The position numbers were made by a program, and so were the translations under genes. Of a stretch of 63,871 bases of DNA, positions 23,901-36,600 are shown in pieces. The stretch spans positions 36,023,604 to 36,087,474 of the forward strand of contig NC_058132.1 of NCBI RefSeq assembly GCF_016433145.1, given 5' to 3'. Each line of letters starts with the position of its first letter. Position 1 is the first letter of the stretch. The stretch comes from Gracilinanus agilis (lineage: Eukaryota). Below the pieces are notes generated by a model. It did not search any database, was not told the origin of the DNA, and was given only the letters and a program-made list of their open reading frames with translations.

Positions 23901-24567
23901 GGGTCACCCTGCCTCACTTCATCTGGCAGAATGTGAACAGACAGTGCCACAAGAAAGAAAAAAAAAAGCACGACAGGAGAAGCACAAAGCCCAGCGCTAA
24001 TCTGACTACGAACAGCTCCCTTGCTGATGCCATTCTGTGCTGGGGTCAAGAGGCTGCAAGGTTCTGATGACATAACATTACTTTGGTTGTACCACACAGG
24101 GAGAAGCAAGTTTGGGTGGAGATCAGTTGGCAAAATGCATGTCATCCACTTTTAAGATTCTGAGTGCAATTTTTAAAGAAGGATGTTGTTGGGATTGTGT
24201 CTCTCCGTGGCTCCCTGTTCTACCCGTCGGTTGTGCTATTAAAGCCCATGACTTAAGTGACTTCTGGTTTTGTCCTAAGACAATGGCATCCCTTTCGTTA
24301 TCCAAGAGAGGGACCCCAAGTTGGGAAACTTCCAGTGCCGTCAGGACTGTGGCCTATATCTGAGAGGCAGCTTCTCTGGTCACATACATAAGGACCAACT
24401 GTAACTGGGGGATGCTACTGATGGCAGGGGAAGAGCCACCTGCAATTCAGGAAGAAAGGATTTGATAGTGCCATGTCCACAAGACTGATTTTACAAGAAA
24501 TGTCAGAGAATCAGAAAACTTGCTCAGTCACTAACGGAGACAAAGGAAACAAAATATTTGTCATGTG
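21000..24567 (-). other. CEP104: Probable CEP104 3' UTR (about 3.5 kb)
   Basis: Repeat-free, AU-rich stretch after the stop; minus-strand AATAAA at 21020..21025 followed by a U/GU-rich tract, and ATTAAA at about 21143..21148; end position inferred. Confidence 0.5.
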
Positions 24568-24689
24568 TCATCGTTTGGTATATGGCCTGCTAGTACTTTT
24601 GTTCAGGCCTCCTTTGGGGGTAGGAATCTTGCTTCCAAATTTGGATCCTGAGGTGCCCGATTTGGCCATCAATGAGTCTACTGCTTTCC
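24568..24689 (-). CDS. CEP104: CEP104 last coding exon (122 nt CDS)
   Basis: [42 protein letters not shown]; SxIP motif. Confidence 0.96.
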
Positions 24690-27600
24690 CTGCAGTGAAA
24701 ATACACAGAAATGTTAAATACAGGCAGAGCATTAAAATGGAGAATCTTAAGAACGAACTGTAACAGTGCATGCTCTGACTGCCTGAACCAATTGCCCTTT
24801 GGGCTGCAGTGGGCTGGGTACACCGAGATCTGTGCTGATGGACAGAACCAGCACGACAGGTCCGACTGTATCATCTGTGTTGGGAAAAGGCTCCCCAGTC
24901 ACGTGGCTGGCCGATCGTTTGGGCAAAGAGAAATCCCAAGTAGTCTGTTTAGAGAAGAGTCCAAACTACCAGTAAAATATGTAATAATTATTGGTAGCAG
25001 GAACAGAAAGACCAAAGATTGAATAAATATTTATCCACAGCTGGAAGATGACGGAATTGAGTCACATGTGCCATGTCGTTAGGGTTAAAAAGTCTTCAGC
25101 TTTGATTAAGTAAATGAATAATCACATTTTTCAGGCCTCCAATACCTCAATCATGAATTATATTCATTCCCTCTAGAATAAAAGGGCATTCTCAAAGTTT
25201 TTCCTGGTCAGAAGAAAAAATAAATTAAAAATACCATTTCTTTAAACAGGTCACTTTGAACCTAGTCCGCATAAAGGCCAAAACGAGGGTTGTAAACTAT
25301 GCAGCAGGCTTGCAGAAGGGCACCCCAGGAATTCATGTTTTTTTAATGTATGTTTTTAGCCTCTTTGTTTTCAGCAGGCCTCTCTCTATATTCACTCACA
25401 CTCACTTACACACACACTCTGTCTCTTTTTCTCTCTCCCTCTCCCCATTTCTCTCTCTCTTCCCCTCCCTTCCTCTCTTTCTCCTTCTCTCCCTCTCCCT
25501 CTCTCTGTCTCCCTCTCTCAAATATATTTTCATTTCACTTCATTTCTTTTCAAACTAACTCTGTAGGCCTTCAAATGGTCATCCCATGGGCTGAGTTTCA
25601 CTCATTCATCCATTCACCCATTCGCCCATTCAGCCAGAATGACTAATGCTCGGATGCCCAGCCAGCCCCGTGCTCTGGGTTGAAGAAAAAGATACATGCA
25701 GACAAAGATAAAGAAGACACAGCCCCTGCCCTCATTGAGTTTATGTAGAAAAGTATCTATCACATGAAACACTTTGTCACAAGCTTGCTTTACAGAGTAG
25801 ATCCTGATGAAAAAACAAGAAAAAATCTGCTTGGTCTGCACCAACTTGGCGGAAATACCCTACCCAACTGTGTGGCTTGTGTCTTCTGCAAGTGGTACAC
25901 CTTGCGCAGGTTCATCGTGCAGCCTGCCGGCCCTGTCAGGTGAGATTTCCAGGCCTGAAAACCACAGAAGAGAGCAGTGAGTCGTAAAGGCAGCAGGGCC
26001 CTGGGGCTGCCAGGGGCTCCCCTGGATGAGCTGAGGGTGGTTCCAGGCTCCCCTGGATGAGCCCAGAGCCATCCTGGAGGGACGGCCGCCTTTATCACAA
26101 CATGACAGCCAAGCACCTGCAGAAAGTCTTCCTGCCATCTCTCTTATTACGAAACACTCTTATGTACTTGGCTTTGGACTACAACGAAATGGAACTCTTT
26201 CCTATTGAGCAGTTTTCTGAAAAGCCAACATAGTCCTCCTTGTTTCTGGTCGAGTATGTGGGCACAACTCAAAATAAATGAGCAATCAATGTGAAAAGTT
26301 ACTATGAGTTAAGACTAGCTGGAGGTGCACAGGGCCTGTGCATTGAAAGGCATGCTGTATCGAAATGAAAACAAACACATCTAAGTCATGTAGAGAAATC
26401 TGGAGAGACCTCTAGGAGATCATGCAAAGTAAGAAAAGCAGAACCAAAGCATTGAATGGAGTCCATACGGACCAAGATTCTTTGAGGAGACGTAAATGAG
26501 CATGAATGGACAAAAAACTCTTAAGGAGAATTTAGGAGAGCACGAAATAAAGCCATGATATTTTGTGTATTTAATTAGATTTAGATATTGTTGTCATTCA
26601 ACAAGTCTAGTAGATTGCCTTACTGTTCAATGCCATTTTAAAGGAAAAACTTAATTTTTTTGACTGAACTTGTGATTTCATCCTTTTAAGGATGCTTCCT
26701 CTCTTGGTGTGGCAATCTGTCCAGAGTAGATGTCACAGCCAGTGGGGGGCACAGACAGGACCTGAACCTACACAATTTTAACAGGTTTGGTGACCTACTA
26801 CTCAGCAGGGCCTGGCATGTAAATTGTGCTAAGTAAGTGAGCACTGATTTCTCACTTCTGAGTGGATTAGAAAAGTCAAATAGAAATGGGGAATAAGGAG
26901 CAGCTCCAGAAAAAGTCACCTTGACAGCAGCATGGCTTGACGGCTACTAGTGTAGTTAGTAATGGGAAGGGTAGATTCAGGGGATGAGACTGGACCTGTG
27001 GTTTCACGGAAAGTCTCTTCACCAAGTGGGGGGAGGAGGGCACCTTTTCTGCCTGGGGCCCCGAGAGCACAGGAGATTTACTCGAGGACACAGAGCTGGC
27101 CTGTATCAGAGGCAAAATTTGACTTCAGATTTTCCTGGCTCCAAGAGCAGCTCTCAATCTACTACACCACATTGCCTTTGGGAGAGAGAAAAACCAAAAA
27201 GTGGACCCGTAAACATGAAGCTTAGGGGCAGACAGTACTAACTGCTTCAAGAGGTCCTACATAATAACCGAAGTTCATGATAGTGTTCTTAAGTCATGCA
27301 GGAAAATCTAAATTACGTTCTCTCTACTCTTGTGAAAAAAGGCTGTGTTTGATGTTTGATGTTGTTCCTTTCTATGAATGTGGAAAACCAGGAGTGGTGC
27401 ATATGAGCCATTCACAGCACCAGTTTAACATTTAGCCTTTCAAGCTGCTCGTATACACCACTATTAGCAAATGTTTCCCCAACAGCTTTTTAATTATTTT
27501 TGGTAAAACTTCATTAATGAAGGACCCGTTAATTTAGATTCCATGATAAATTTGCATAGATGTTGGGATGAATTTTATCTTTGTACTATTTGGAAAAAAA

Positions 27601-30600
27601 AAAACCAAAGTCTGCCAAATAAACTAGTAATATTAGCAAGAACAATGAGAGAAAACCTGACCTTCTTGAGAACAAGTAGTATGGTCTTCAAGTACATTCA
27701 AGAGCATTTACATACAAACACAAAGGGATGGGAACATATTATTTTAGTCACAATTAAAGTGGATCTTAATAGAATTTCTGTCCTTTCTGGTTACTGTATA
27801 TTAAAGTACTAAAACTCCTTTTCCTTTAAAAAGTTGGATCACTGAGGTTTTTTCAAGCCTACTACAATTTCTGTAAGATTGTCAGGCACAGCTGAGAAAT
27901 ATACATACTTTTTAATTCCCATTCAGTAAACACCAAAGAGGTCACATAGAAATTTCTAAAGTTTGATTCAGGTCTTTAGCTTCCTTCTTGTCTTTTTCTT
28001 AGGTTGAAAGGAGCATTTTGACATCCAAAACTACCACAATTTTGCTGCCTATTTCCCTCAATAATTTGATTAACTTATTTAAAAGCTGTGAAGCTTCTTG
28101 GAAGCTATGCCATTTAGTGCATATATACAGAGTACTGAAATTTCATTATTTATATTACCTTTAAGCATAAAGCAACTTTCCTGCTTAATTTTTTTTAAAC
28201 CCTTCCCTTCCTTCTTAGAATCAATACTATATATTGGTTCTAAGACAAAAGAGTGGTAAGGGCTAGGCAATGGCGGGGGGGGGGGGGTAAGTGACTCATA
28301 CAGGGTCACATAGCTAGGAAGTGTCTGAGGTCAAAATTGAACCCGGGACCTCCTGTCTCTGGACCTGGTTCTCTATCCACTGAGTCACCTAAGTTGCCTC
28401 TTTTGCTTATCTCTTTTAACCATGTATATTTATACTGTTGTCTTGAGGTCATGCTAACCATCTTTGCTTTTCCCAATGTACTTGAAGTAGAAACAAATTC
28501 TGCTCCAATCTCTTATTTTAATTGCCTGAATCTTTATATTTCAAACATATATTTTGTAAACAATTCTGGCATTTTTAACAAATTTATTCTGATGTATCCA
28601 ATCAGAAGAAGAGCAAGAGTCATAGATATTATCAAGGAAATGATAGAAAAGATGAATGGCAAGGGCATGGAATGAAAGGGAGACAAGTTAAGTGATCCAC
28701 TGATATTCCTGTGATTGCATCAGAAATCAAGGAAGGGCCAGAGTTGGGTGGACACAGACTAGAGCTGCACAGGAGAGGGAGGCATGGATGAGTTTCCTTC
28801 TGCATCACTGAAGATGCAGAAGTCCATGAAACGACAGCTCTAGTTGAGTGTTTGGGAGCTTCTCCATCATTCTGAATTACTGAGGCATGATGGTATGGGA
28901 AACACGTAGGTAATTCAGATGTATAACTCTGGAACTGTATTTCCAAGATTAATTTTTGCTTAAGACCTTATCAGGATATAAAATTACTTCAGAGATGAAT
29001 GGAATAACCATTCTGAAAGTCCAGATAAATATGTTCTAACAAACTTTACAGAGCAATCATTCAGACTATTTTTTATCTGCTTATTTCAATTTAATTAAAA
29101 TGGAATGAAATCTCATAAAAACCAGAATTTGCTAGGCTTAGTTAGACTCCTTACCTCCTCTCCTGGTGTAAAATTCTCGTGGCACAATGGACACCGGTTT
29201 GCATGCTTTTCTGATCTGGCAGCTAAAATAACATTAAGTAAAATGCTTCTGAGTTAACTAATCAGAATGTTACCAGTCATACACAAAGACAGTACTGCAA
29301 AAAGAGGCTGGGGAAAGGCATGCTCATCTTTCTAGGCATACTAAGCCCAATGGAAAGACCACCATTATAGGCATGCAAAGGCAAAGTTGAGGGTCTCCAG
29401 GGCTATCCTCCAAAGCATGCCTGTTGCCTGCGCCAAGGTCTTCTTGAGACTTTACTCTGTTTATTCTTTTCCTCTCTACTCCTTTACCCTCAGTTTTACA
29501 ATCGATACTGTGTATTGGTTCTAAGGCAGAAAAGCATTAAGGGCCAAGCAAGGGGTCTTAATTAAGGGACTTGCCCAGAGTCACCCAGCCAGGAGAGGTC
29601 TGAACTTGAACCCATGATCTCCCATCCCTGGGCTGTGCTCTCAATCCACTGAGCCACTCAGCTACCCCATATCATAGAACAGAAAAGATGGCTACGTACG
29701 ATTACAAGCTTTGATTTTTATGTGTCTTGGTAGCTCTTCTTTTAAGATGGCTTCACAGCAGCGATGGCATTTTCCAAAGTCATCTCTTTTGTCACACTCT
29801 GTTAGCAAGTGTTCTGTCAGGCTGGCTATCTCGACCACCTGGAGGAGGAAACCAAGAACAAAGCCCGTTAGTTACTGGAGGCAGGGACGAGGTTCAATTT
29901 CATATCAAGGCAGGAGGATCCCACGCCTCGCTTTTATATGGCCTCCCATATATGTGCATGCAGACACACATGTGCACATAACTGAAGTTAAGAAGTAAGC
30001 CCATTTATCCTTCCTTCTCTAGCACCTAGTTATTCCTTCTATGTTCAGTCTTAGACTTAGACAATACAAAGAATAAAAATCCTTCTCATTTCCGTGCTAG
30101 GGTCATCTAAAAGGACATTTCGAAGATGTAAGAAAGAGCATGTAGGTTGGCGAGTACTTACAGAATTCCTGAGTGAAGAAGGAATTCTCAGATCCTGACT
30201 TGGTTTGATATTTTATTGCTGTTATCTTTAATGTTTACAGAACTAAGCACAACTTTCCATTTTGGATTTTAAATTAAGCCTAAAACTGAAAGAAGTTCAC
30301 ATATTTCATTCAGAGACGGCCTGATTTTTCTAGAAAATGTCTGGAAAAATTAAGCTACATCTAAGTTCAATATAGCATTCTTATTAAACACATTCCACTC
30401 TCATGAAAATGCCTGGGTTTTTAACTGGTTAGGTGTTTCTAAGAATTTGAGATGCTGCCACCTATTGGAAAATAGGTTGATGTAATAAAAATATTCATAT
30501 ACTTTTTCATAGTTGTAAAGTAATGTTTCATTTCATTAATGCATTAATGCAGGCAGCTATCGGTGAATTGGATTTTATAATCCTTTTTACTACTTTTAAT

Positions 30601-33600
30601 TAACTTTGGAAAAATATTTATTGGCCGCTACTCAACAAATGATCTAATTAGCATGAGAGGACAAATAAATTGAGTCAATGTAAACTTTCTTACAGAAAGT
30701 CACAAGAAGCTATACACAAAGGTTATTTGGGAAAGGAAAGAACTATTGTTCAGCATATAAAAGTACAGAGTATATTCTGGAAACATGGTTATCACAAGAA
30801 AGTAGGTCCAAAAACTCCTTAGGTTATTTCTGAAGTACAGAATGTTGCAGCCATTGTAGATGGAGAGTTGGAAGGGATGGATCTCAGATGTCATACAGTC
30901 TAATTCTTTTATTTTACAGTTGAGGAAACAGAGGCCCAGGGAGGTTGAGTGACCTGTCTAAGGTCACTCCAAGCCAAGTCACACCAAGCCAAATAATGGC
31001 TCTTAGAGCAAGACTCTTATCACTGATTGCAATAAATGAGATGGAGCAAATATGTAGAATCTGGCTCCAAATAAGGGTCAAATAAAGTCTTTCCCAACTT
31101 CAGAGGATGTTGGATGCTGAATGAAATGATAGAAGGTACAAGAAGATGAAGATCTGAGCTCCCCAAGACAGAGAATAGGAATGAAAAATCATTGGTAAAC
31201 TATTATAGTCATAGGAGGAGAGATTTTGAGGGGTTATCTAGCTATTCTCTTGGACTAACAAACCAAAGCCCAAGAGATGAGTGTGGGCCAAACCAATTTT
31301 CAAAGTTCCCCAAGGAAGGCGACATTTTCATTTTAAACAACTCCAATGTTTGGTTCCTCACAGCCGAGTTTAGTTTCATTAGGGAAGAGGAACAAGGCCT
31401 AGGATTGCCATTTACCCAACCAAACATTTTTTTAAAACTGAGGTGAAAGCATGTGAAGAAAGTTCAGAGTGTAAAATGGAAAGAGCAATGAATTTGGAGT
31501 AAGGAGAATAAATAGAGACAGGTTCAACTCTCTGGGCCAGTAGTTATGACTTGTGTTACCCTGGGCAAGTCACTTCATCTTATGGGACACCTCGATTTCC
31601 TCATCTGTAAAACTGGACAAGATGGACTTCTTATAAGGTCTCCATCAATTCTAAATCTATAACCCAAGGATACTTACACTCCTTTTCTTCCTCCATTATT
31701 GAAAGAAAGCAAACTGTTCTGGTGGTTTGATTAATAATGAATAAAATTAGTTTTTTCTCCTAAGGATTTCTTTCTTGTTAAATGCAGCTTTAACTTTCTG
31801 CCTTTTTTTGGGTCTTCTCACACACTGTGACTAAATTGTGCTAAGACTATTGACTATTTTGCTAGGATTGGAAGTGGCATCCGAATAATACATGACCTGT
31901 TTGCAGTGTTCACATCTTGTCAACATAGGACAATGCTTCCAGTAATGGAGATCTAAGCCTTCTTCTGTGAATGAGTCATCTCTTTCCCCACAAAAGATGC
32001 AAAGACTAAAATAAAACAGGAAAAGAAATATGGATGCAAATATCTGGTATGTTAACATTAATCTAGTCCTATTCTTACGTTTCCAAAATTTAATAATTCA
32101 GTATAACAAAAATCTCTTAAGTGACTGCTATGTACAAGACACTGCTATAAAGCAAAAACTATAGTCTTTGCCCTCAAGGAGTTTAGATTCCATTAGACAG
32201 ATATCAAATGTACACAGATAATTGAACACATCACGATTTATCAAAGGAGACAGCATTAATGAGTAGGGGTTATAGGAGGGGGCTCTTGGCCAGTCTTGGA
32301 CAAAGAGAAGCCACAGTTGAAGAGGTACCACACACCAAGGTGAAGGTCCTGAGGCAGGGCAGAGAATCTTCCATATGGGAAGCATCTAGTACTCCAGTTT
32401 GAAATGGAAGAATGAATGGAGAATAATATGAAATATGGCTAGAAAGGAAGGAAGGACTGTGGAAGGCCTCGAATATCAGGTTAAGGAATTTTGTATTTCA
32501 CTCAATAAACATTAAGTGCCTACTATGTGCCAGACACTGTATTACATGCTGGGAATACAGAAAGTCAAAAGACAGTTCCTGCCCGCAAGGAACTTACAAT
32601 CTAATAGGGTCCTAGGGTCACTAAACACTAAAGCAGTGGTTCCCAAACTTTTTTGGCCTACCGCCCCCTTTCCAGAAAAAATATTACTTAGCCCCCTGGA
32701 AATTAATTTTTAAAAAATTTTAATAGCAATTAATAGGAAAGATAAATGCACCTGTGGCCATCACCGCCTCCCTAGATCACTGCGGGACCCACCAGGGGGT
32801 GGTGGTGCCCACTTTGGGAATCACTTCACTAAAGGGTTTGTTTGTTTTTTTTAAAGCAGGGGGAGTGACATGGCCAGATCTGTACTTTGTTTTGGCCCTG
32901 GAGGATGTATTTGTTGTGCAGAGACTAGAGGTGGGAGGGCCAGCTAGGAAGTGATGACCACAGTTCAGATGAGAAGTGATGAAGGGCTGACCCAGGGGGC
33001 TGGCTATCTGGGAATATGGATGTGGGAAGTATTGAGGAAATTGAGTCCAAAACATTTGGCAGCAAGTCTAGAGATAAGGGAAAGCCCTCTGCTATCCAGC
33101 AATGGCCTCTTCATGGTCTTGATTTGTACATAGAAGTGAATGACCCAGATGGCAGGATGTTGTCCTTTACTGGAATTATAGAAGCATCTGGGATTCCAAG
33201 ATGAGAATTCCCCTGCTGGGGTGGATCATAGGAGTTAAACTCAATAGCCTTTGGGGTTCCTCCCAAATCAGAGTTTTTAGGAATCCAAAAGGGAAGGGTG
33301 AAACATATGAGTTCTAATAATGTCTGCATGACCTTGGGTAAGTCATTTGACTTCTGAGATGCCTGAGTCACTCAATTTATAAAAAGGGGTTATGACTTCC
33401 TCAGGGTTGTTCTATAACCTTTTAGACATTTAAGTACTCTGACCATGTGAGCCATTGTGAGTGTGTAGATGGTGGATCAGAAGAGAAATCTTATGTCAGA
33501 GGAAGAGTGTAAATGAGGCCCTAATTTCCACTCTGGATTTTAGATTTCACTCTGGCCATTTTGTATTCAGAAACTATTCCACAACTTCAAAACATTCCGA

Positions 33601-36600
33601 GTTTCTAATAACAACTCCCTGACCATTTGTAATGGAGAAGGAAGAAATAAAAGGGTCCTGACTTGCCAACTGTTGATGCTTACTGATTAAAGGAGAGAAT
33701 TTTTCTCATTCTTTTGACTATTAAATATAGGTTCAACAAACAAAACAATTACAATGAACTAAGGGGGATTTTTTTTACAGCCTGTTTATGTCATCACTGT
33801 TGTATCCTATGTACTCCAAAAGAGAACTATCCATGACTTTACTCACTAGTCCAAATAATTTGCAACGGAGGCATGATCATCGGGAATGTCTGGAGGATTA
33901 GCGTGAATTGCTTTCTTTTTGAAATCATCTGCAGAAATGAGCAAAAGAAAAGAAATAAGCAATTTAAGAGATTTCATTTCTAATATTTCTTTTCAAAACT
34001 GGCTATTATCAGTTCATTTGGAAATATTCTCTAACAATGTTCCTGACATTCAACATGCATAGGACCTATGGGTTAGAAAGTGGGCATCCCATGGAGTTTT
34101 TTTTTTTTTAATTTTTTTTTAAACCCTTAACTTCTGTGTATTGGCTCATAGGTGAAAGAGTGGTAAGGGTGGGCAATGGGGATCGAGTGACTTGCCCAGG
34201 GTCACACAGCTGGGAAGTGTCTGAGGCCTGATTTGAACCTAGGACCTCCTGTCTCTAGGTCTGACTCTCAATCCACTGAGCTACCCAGCTGCCCCCGATT
34301 CCTTTGGAGTTTTGAAAAGGATAAAAAAAATGTGATGTCATTCAGTGGCCTTGTCCAAGAATATTTCCTCTGTACAGGGGTTACGTGGTTTCCACACACC
34401 TTGGTTCTTCATCTTTCCCGAGTCACTTTCTTTTTCCTAAGATACAAAAAAAAAAAAAAAAAAAAAAAAAGAGGTCAAAGTTTGTTGGCTAAACATGAGG
34501 TTACATGAAGGACCTTTTAATGATGAGCCCAAGCTCCTGTCAAAGGGACATGTTTAGGTTTTGGTCTGGGTAGGGTTCATATATTTTGAGAAACAAAATA
34601 GAACAAAAACATTAATCAGAGGTAAGCAACCTGAAGTAAAATGAACTAATTTTTAAGCAGCCTGATCCCAGCTTCTCCATCAAATGCGTTCTGTTCTCTT
34701 AAATCCTTCCCATGTCTTTTCCCTCTTTCTTTTTCTAGTTCCTTTTTACTTCTCTGTTGCATAAGTTTGTCAGTGACTTCAATGAATAATGATTATGAGT
34801 CCTACTGGCAACAGATGGAGCTAAAGGTAATCCTATTAAAGGGAATATGTCAGAAAAATAAAAAACAATTCCTCAGTTACACAGTGACCAATTTTTAAAA
34901 GAGAATTATATTTTATAGAGTGATATAGTGATTAGGTTTAGGTACTTCCCAATCTCAATCCCAACCCCCAACCATTAATCAATTTTTAAAAAATTGGAAA
35001 TCCTGAAAATATCAATAAAATTGAAAGAAGAGCATTGAATTATTATTCAATAAATAAAATTAGGAGCTGGTTTTATGAAAAAATAAATAAAAGAGATAAT
35101 ATACTGGTTAATTTGATTAAAAAAAGAAGAAAACCAAATTACCAGTATCAAAAAAAAAAGTTAAAATCACAACCAATGAAAAATAAACTAAAGCAATTAT
35201 TGGGAGTGATTTTGCCCAATTATATGCCAATAAATTGGTCAATCTAAGTGAAATAGATGAATATTTATAAAAATATAAACTGCCCAGATTAACAAAAGAA
35301 GAAATAGACTACTTAGACAACCTCATTACAGAAAAAAATAATTGAACAAACCATCAAAGAATTCCCTAAAAGAAAGACTCCGGGGCCAGATGGATTCACA
35401 AGTGAATTCTATAAAACATTCAGAGAGCAATGAATGCCAATAGTACACAAACTATTTGAAAAAACATCGGAAAAAGGAATTCTTCCCAATTCTTTTTATG
35501 ACACAAATACGGTACTGAAACTTAAACCAGGAAGAGCTAAAAAAGAGAAAGGAAACCATAGACCCATTTCCCTAATGAATATTGATGCAAAAATTTTAAA
35601 TAAAATACTAACAAGGAGATTACAGCATTATCTCACAAGAATCATACACCATGACCAGACAGGTTATAACCATGAATGCAGGAATGGTTCAATATTAGGA
35701 AATCCATCAGCATAACTGGCCATATCAATAACAAAACCAAAATAAATATATGATTATTTCAATAGATTCAGAAAAAGTCTTTGATAAAATGCAATATCCA
35801 TTCCTTATAAAAAGATTAGAAAACATTGGAACAAAAAGAGCTTTCCTTAAAGTGATAAATAACATCTATCTAAAACCATTAGCAAGTTTTCTCTGAAGTG
35901 GTAATAAACTAGAACCCTTCCCAATAGGATTGGGGTTTGTAATACTGGATTAAGTAGCATCTGATCCCATCTATTACACACGTGCTGCTGGCTCTCTCGG
36001 GTACGGTTTCAGCTATCTGGCACAATTAGAAAAACTCACTCTGAACTTTCTTTCCAATGTGGATTTAAATAAAATCTTAGTATTCAAATTGGTTCTGACA
36101 TTTTTGTGGGAGGAAAAATATCCTCTGGATTATGCAAAAGAGGAAAACTCTAGATGTTACTAATCCTGCAGGAAGAGGATAATTTCTCTCATCTCACACA
36201 AAAAGTCCTAAGAGGTTTCTCTCTGAAAATTTACAACTTGGGTCAGCTAGTGAGTAGAGAGCTAGGCTTGGAGAAGGGAAATCCTGGGTTCAAATCTGGC
36301 CTCAGACACTTCCTAGCTGGGTGACCCTGGGCAAGTCACTTAAGCCCCATTGCCTAGCCCTTTCTGCTCTTCTGCCTTGGAACTAATACATAGTATTGAT
36401 TCTAAGATGAAGGTAAAAGAAAACTTACAACAATTCAAACTCTGATCTCTGAGCTGGACAATTAGACTATTTCACAAATGGTTTTCATTATCCAATGAGA
36501 AATGTTTATTTTAATATATCTCATAAAAAAAGAAAAAGAAAATCAGAGATTTAAAGAGAATCAAAGACCACAGTCTAACCTACATGGCCATGTGAGGAAT

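Noticed and set aside
35434-35715. 93-aa RT-like ORF as an active or domesticated gene
   Set aside because: Ordinary frameshifted L1 ORF2 fragment
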